A stretch of DNA of 64,000 nucleotides from Pomacea canaliculata (Eukaryota). Positions 61,697-64,000 of the stretch are shown here, piece by piece. Under the pieces are notes generated by a model. The model ran no database searches. It saw only the letters and a list, made by a program, of their open reading frames with translations, and had not been told where the DNA came from. Within the stretch, counting starts at the first letter, position 1. Each line of letters begins with the position of its first letter. The stretch covers positions 29,329,367 through 29,393,366 of the forward strand of contig NC_037593.1 of assembly GCF_003073045.1 (NCBI RefSeq), written 5' to 3'. The position numbers were made by a program, and so were the translations under genes.

Positions 61697-61706
61697 GTCA
61701 TGTGAC
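61697..61706 (-). promoter_or_regulatory. E-box variant GTCATGTGAC ~140-200 bp upstream of the SULT-11 start
   Basis: 'ggagtggtcatgtgacagc'. Its duplicated paralogous copy at 58435 carries the perfect palindrome GTCACGTGAC. Confidence 0.4.
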
Positions 61707-62618
61707 AGCATTTTTTTTCTCTTTTCTCCCTTCTTGCGCTGGCCGCTTGTTTGTTATTTATGCGACAAACCTTGACTGGTTTAAGCCAGTGGATTTAGCA
61801 ATAGCGAAAAACATGGGGGAATAAAATCATAAACCTGCTTTGTAGTAAGCGGTCTCATTTCTCTTTCAAACACCTTCTTGACCCTTTTCATTACTATTAT
61901 TGAAATAAATGTTCTTCAGTACTAAAAAAAAAAAAAAAACGGACGCCGGCTCATGAACCCTCCAGTATAGGGAGACACAATGTGAATCATAGACAAATTT
62001 CTCAGAGTTGTTGCTAAGTAGTTTGCGCCTCTAAAATCTCATTACCATGAGATGAACAGGGTTATTATGTCCTTCACTTTTAACTAGATATGAAGGAAAA
62101 AGGCAAGAGACTGAGGCTATGATCGAGAACTGCCACACTCTGAGCAAGAAGTAATTTGAAAAAAAAATTGAAAAAAACTAGACAAGACCCACATATCTTC
62201 AAGCTGGTCAGAATATATTATCCCGTTCAATTCATATTCAATGTTGACCAAAAATTCAACATACACTCCATCTTATAAAGTATTTGTGTGTATGTGTGTG
62301 TGTGCGCTAGTTAACTCCATACCGTTTGTTCCATCCTAATGAAATTTTACAGAGGTTCCTCTTTTGTCTATGGAAAGGTCTCAGGCCGTTTTAAATCTTA
62401 ATTTTACTTCTTACAAATCTTAAATTGTGGAGTTTCACACAAAGGCCACTTATTCACTATGTTCATATTTCACAGCCATGTAGATTGTAGATTAATTGTG
62501 GTAAAGGTGGATCATACAGATCAATGTAGGTATAGTGTAGGTATGTTTATGTGTAACTAATTACACTTGTTAACGAAGCATACATAAATATCAAAAGGTA
62601 TATCCTATCAATCGTTAT

Positions 62619-63881
62619 ACAGTGGAACCTCGGTTAGCGAACGCCTCGGATAGCGAATATTTCGGTTAACGAACAAAAATTTCGTTGAAAGTTTGTCTCG
62701 GATAGCGAACAAAATTTCGGATAACGAACAGCCACGTGAACCACACGTGACCGACCAGCATGTCATCATTCGCGCTCGAGACACAGTTACGATCGGTCGT
62801 TCCTTATCTGTGTGCATCCTTCTTATTTAGTGATAAGATATTTAAATAAGATAATCCTCAATCATGGCTCCAAAGAAAAGTCTGTAGAGAAGTCTTTCCC
62901 TAACAGTGCGATAGGCAATATGAGCCTAAACATGTTCAGTGTACTGCTGTGTATATGTAGTACACATACTTCTATGTATGTGTATACACCTTGTGCTTTA
63001 CGGTATATACTGCTGTACTACTGTATGAAGTTCATATACTATTTTGTATATGCATGTATCTGGGATAGCTGGATTTTGAGCAAGAGTTTGGACAGCCAAC
63101 AACAAGAAAAATAAGAAAGTAATACAGATAGAACCCTGCTTACGAAGTCTATCTCAGTAAACTTTATGGGACCCTTGAATTTTCGGGAGAAGGAACAATC
63201 GAGAAGTGACCTCCTCTACATGATGATGATGAGGATGAGGATAAGTTTCGTGCACCCAGCAACACATTTTGACCGCCTGCTGCCTTCCAAGTGATGATAA
63301 GCATGGAGGGTTTCTTTGTCTGCAAGATGGCCGAGACCAGCAACATCTGTCTTTATGGAGCAGAGTTTATGTTCTGTCAAATTCTACTTGAGTGATTTTA
63401 TTTTCGTTTTAAAAGGAGTCACAAAGCTTTCGTGCTGCATAGAAAACTGTGTGGCATTTAATGATGTTAATATAGAGGAGTGTGTGGAATTTAATGATTT
63501 CAGTATAGTTGTTGGCATTGCAGGTTCAATTTATGTCTCTTGCACGTTGAGAAATATTTCATAGCCGGAGCGCTGTTTAATGTTTGAATGACTGTAGGGG
63601 TCTTTCATACAGATTTCACATTAAAGTATATCATAGCTACGCAAATAACATTAACAGTGAAAATAATCCACCCTTTCCATTCTCAAGATACACACCCACA
63701 AACATCAGCATGCACAGGTCAAGGCCACTCGTACAGACGTCAGAGTTGTACATAGCGATTAACCAATTAAATATATTTCTTTTATTTCTTATGGGAAAAA
63801 CTGTTTCGGATAACGAACATTTCGGATAACGAACAACTTTCCAGAACGGATTATGTTCGTTAACCGAGGTTTCACTGTATT
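62619..63881. mobile_element. Non-autonomous DNA-transposon-like element (~1.26 kb) with terminal inverted repeats and subterminal 'TTCGGATAACGAAC' direct repeats
   Basis: 5' end 'tacagtggaacctcggttagcgaacgcctcggatagcgaa..ttcggataacgaacagcc' (62619-62735). 3' end '..tttcggataacgaacatttcggataacgaacaac..cgttaaccgaggtttcactgtat' (63793-63881). Termini are reverse complements (tacagtgGaacctcggttaGcgaac / tacagtgAaacctcggttaAcgaac). No transposase-like ORF inside. Confidence 0.6.
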
Positions 63882-64000
63882 TCAAAACGTCGCTCCCCTC
63901 AATTGTTGGTGATGTTGTAAAGGTAAAATTTCTAGATCTTTCTCAAACAGAATATAAAGGCTTCCGGTGTCAGCACTGATAGAACTGCAGGTGTCAACAT

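Overview
This window is eukaryotic (metazoan, probably invertebrate) nuclear DNA, not prokaryotic: compact spliced genes with GT/AG introns of 100-900 bp, AT-rich intergenic DNA, microsatellites and MITE-like repeats. A tandem array of 11 paralogous cytosolic sulfotransferase (SULT, Sulfotransfer_1-type) genes, 10 complete and 1 truncated by the window start, spans ~1-61.5 kb on both strands in three sequence subfamilies. All share the same 5-coding-exon structure with identical intron positions and phases. The PAPS-binding and catalytic motifs are conserved in every copy: 5'-PSB 'YPKAG/THW', catalytic His in 'SHLPF', 'YRNPKD..VS.Y', and 'YRKGx(I/V)GDWKNYFT'. Summed exon lengths are divisible by 3 for every complete model, an internal consistency check. 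The array is interrupted at 41341-49342 by an uninterrupted ~8.0 kb (CACT)n tetranucleotide tract of about 2000 units. This is followed by a compositionally distinct, repeat-rich block (49.3-58.8 kb) containing a ~700 bp CpG-rich island-like segment, direct repeats, minisatellites, an inverted repeat with homopolymer G/C runs and several TGACGTCA palindromes. Other features are TIR-bounded MITE-like elements, segmental or tandem duplications of intergenic or promoter DNA, a recurrent palindromic decamer GTCACGTGAC near several SULT 5' ends, and a hypervariable Pro/His-rich linker encoded in exon 4 of the SULT paralogs (position of substrate-gating loop 3). Exon coordinates were derived by hand and may be off by 1-2 nt. 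Gene labels SULT-1 to SULT-11 are local labels, not recognised gene symbols.
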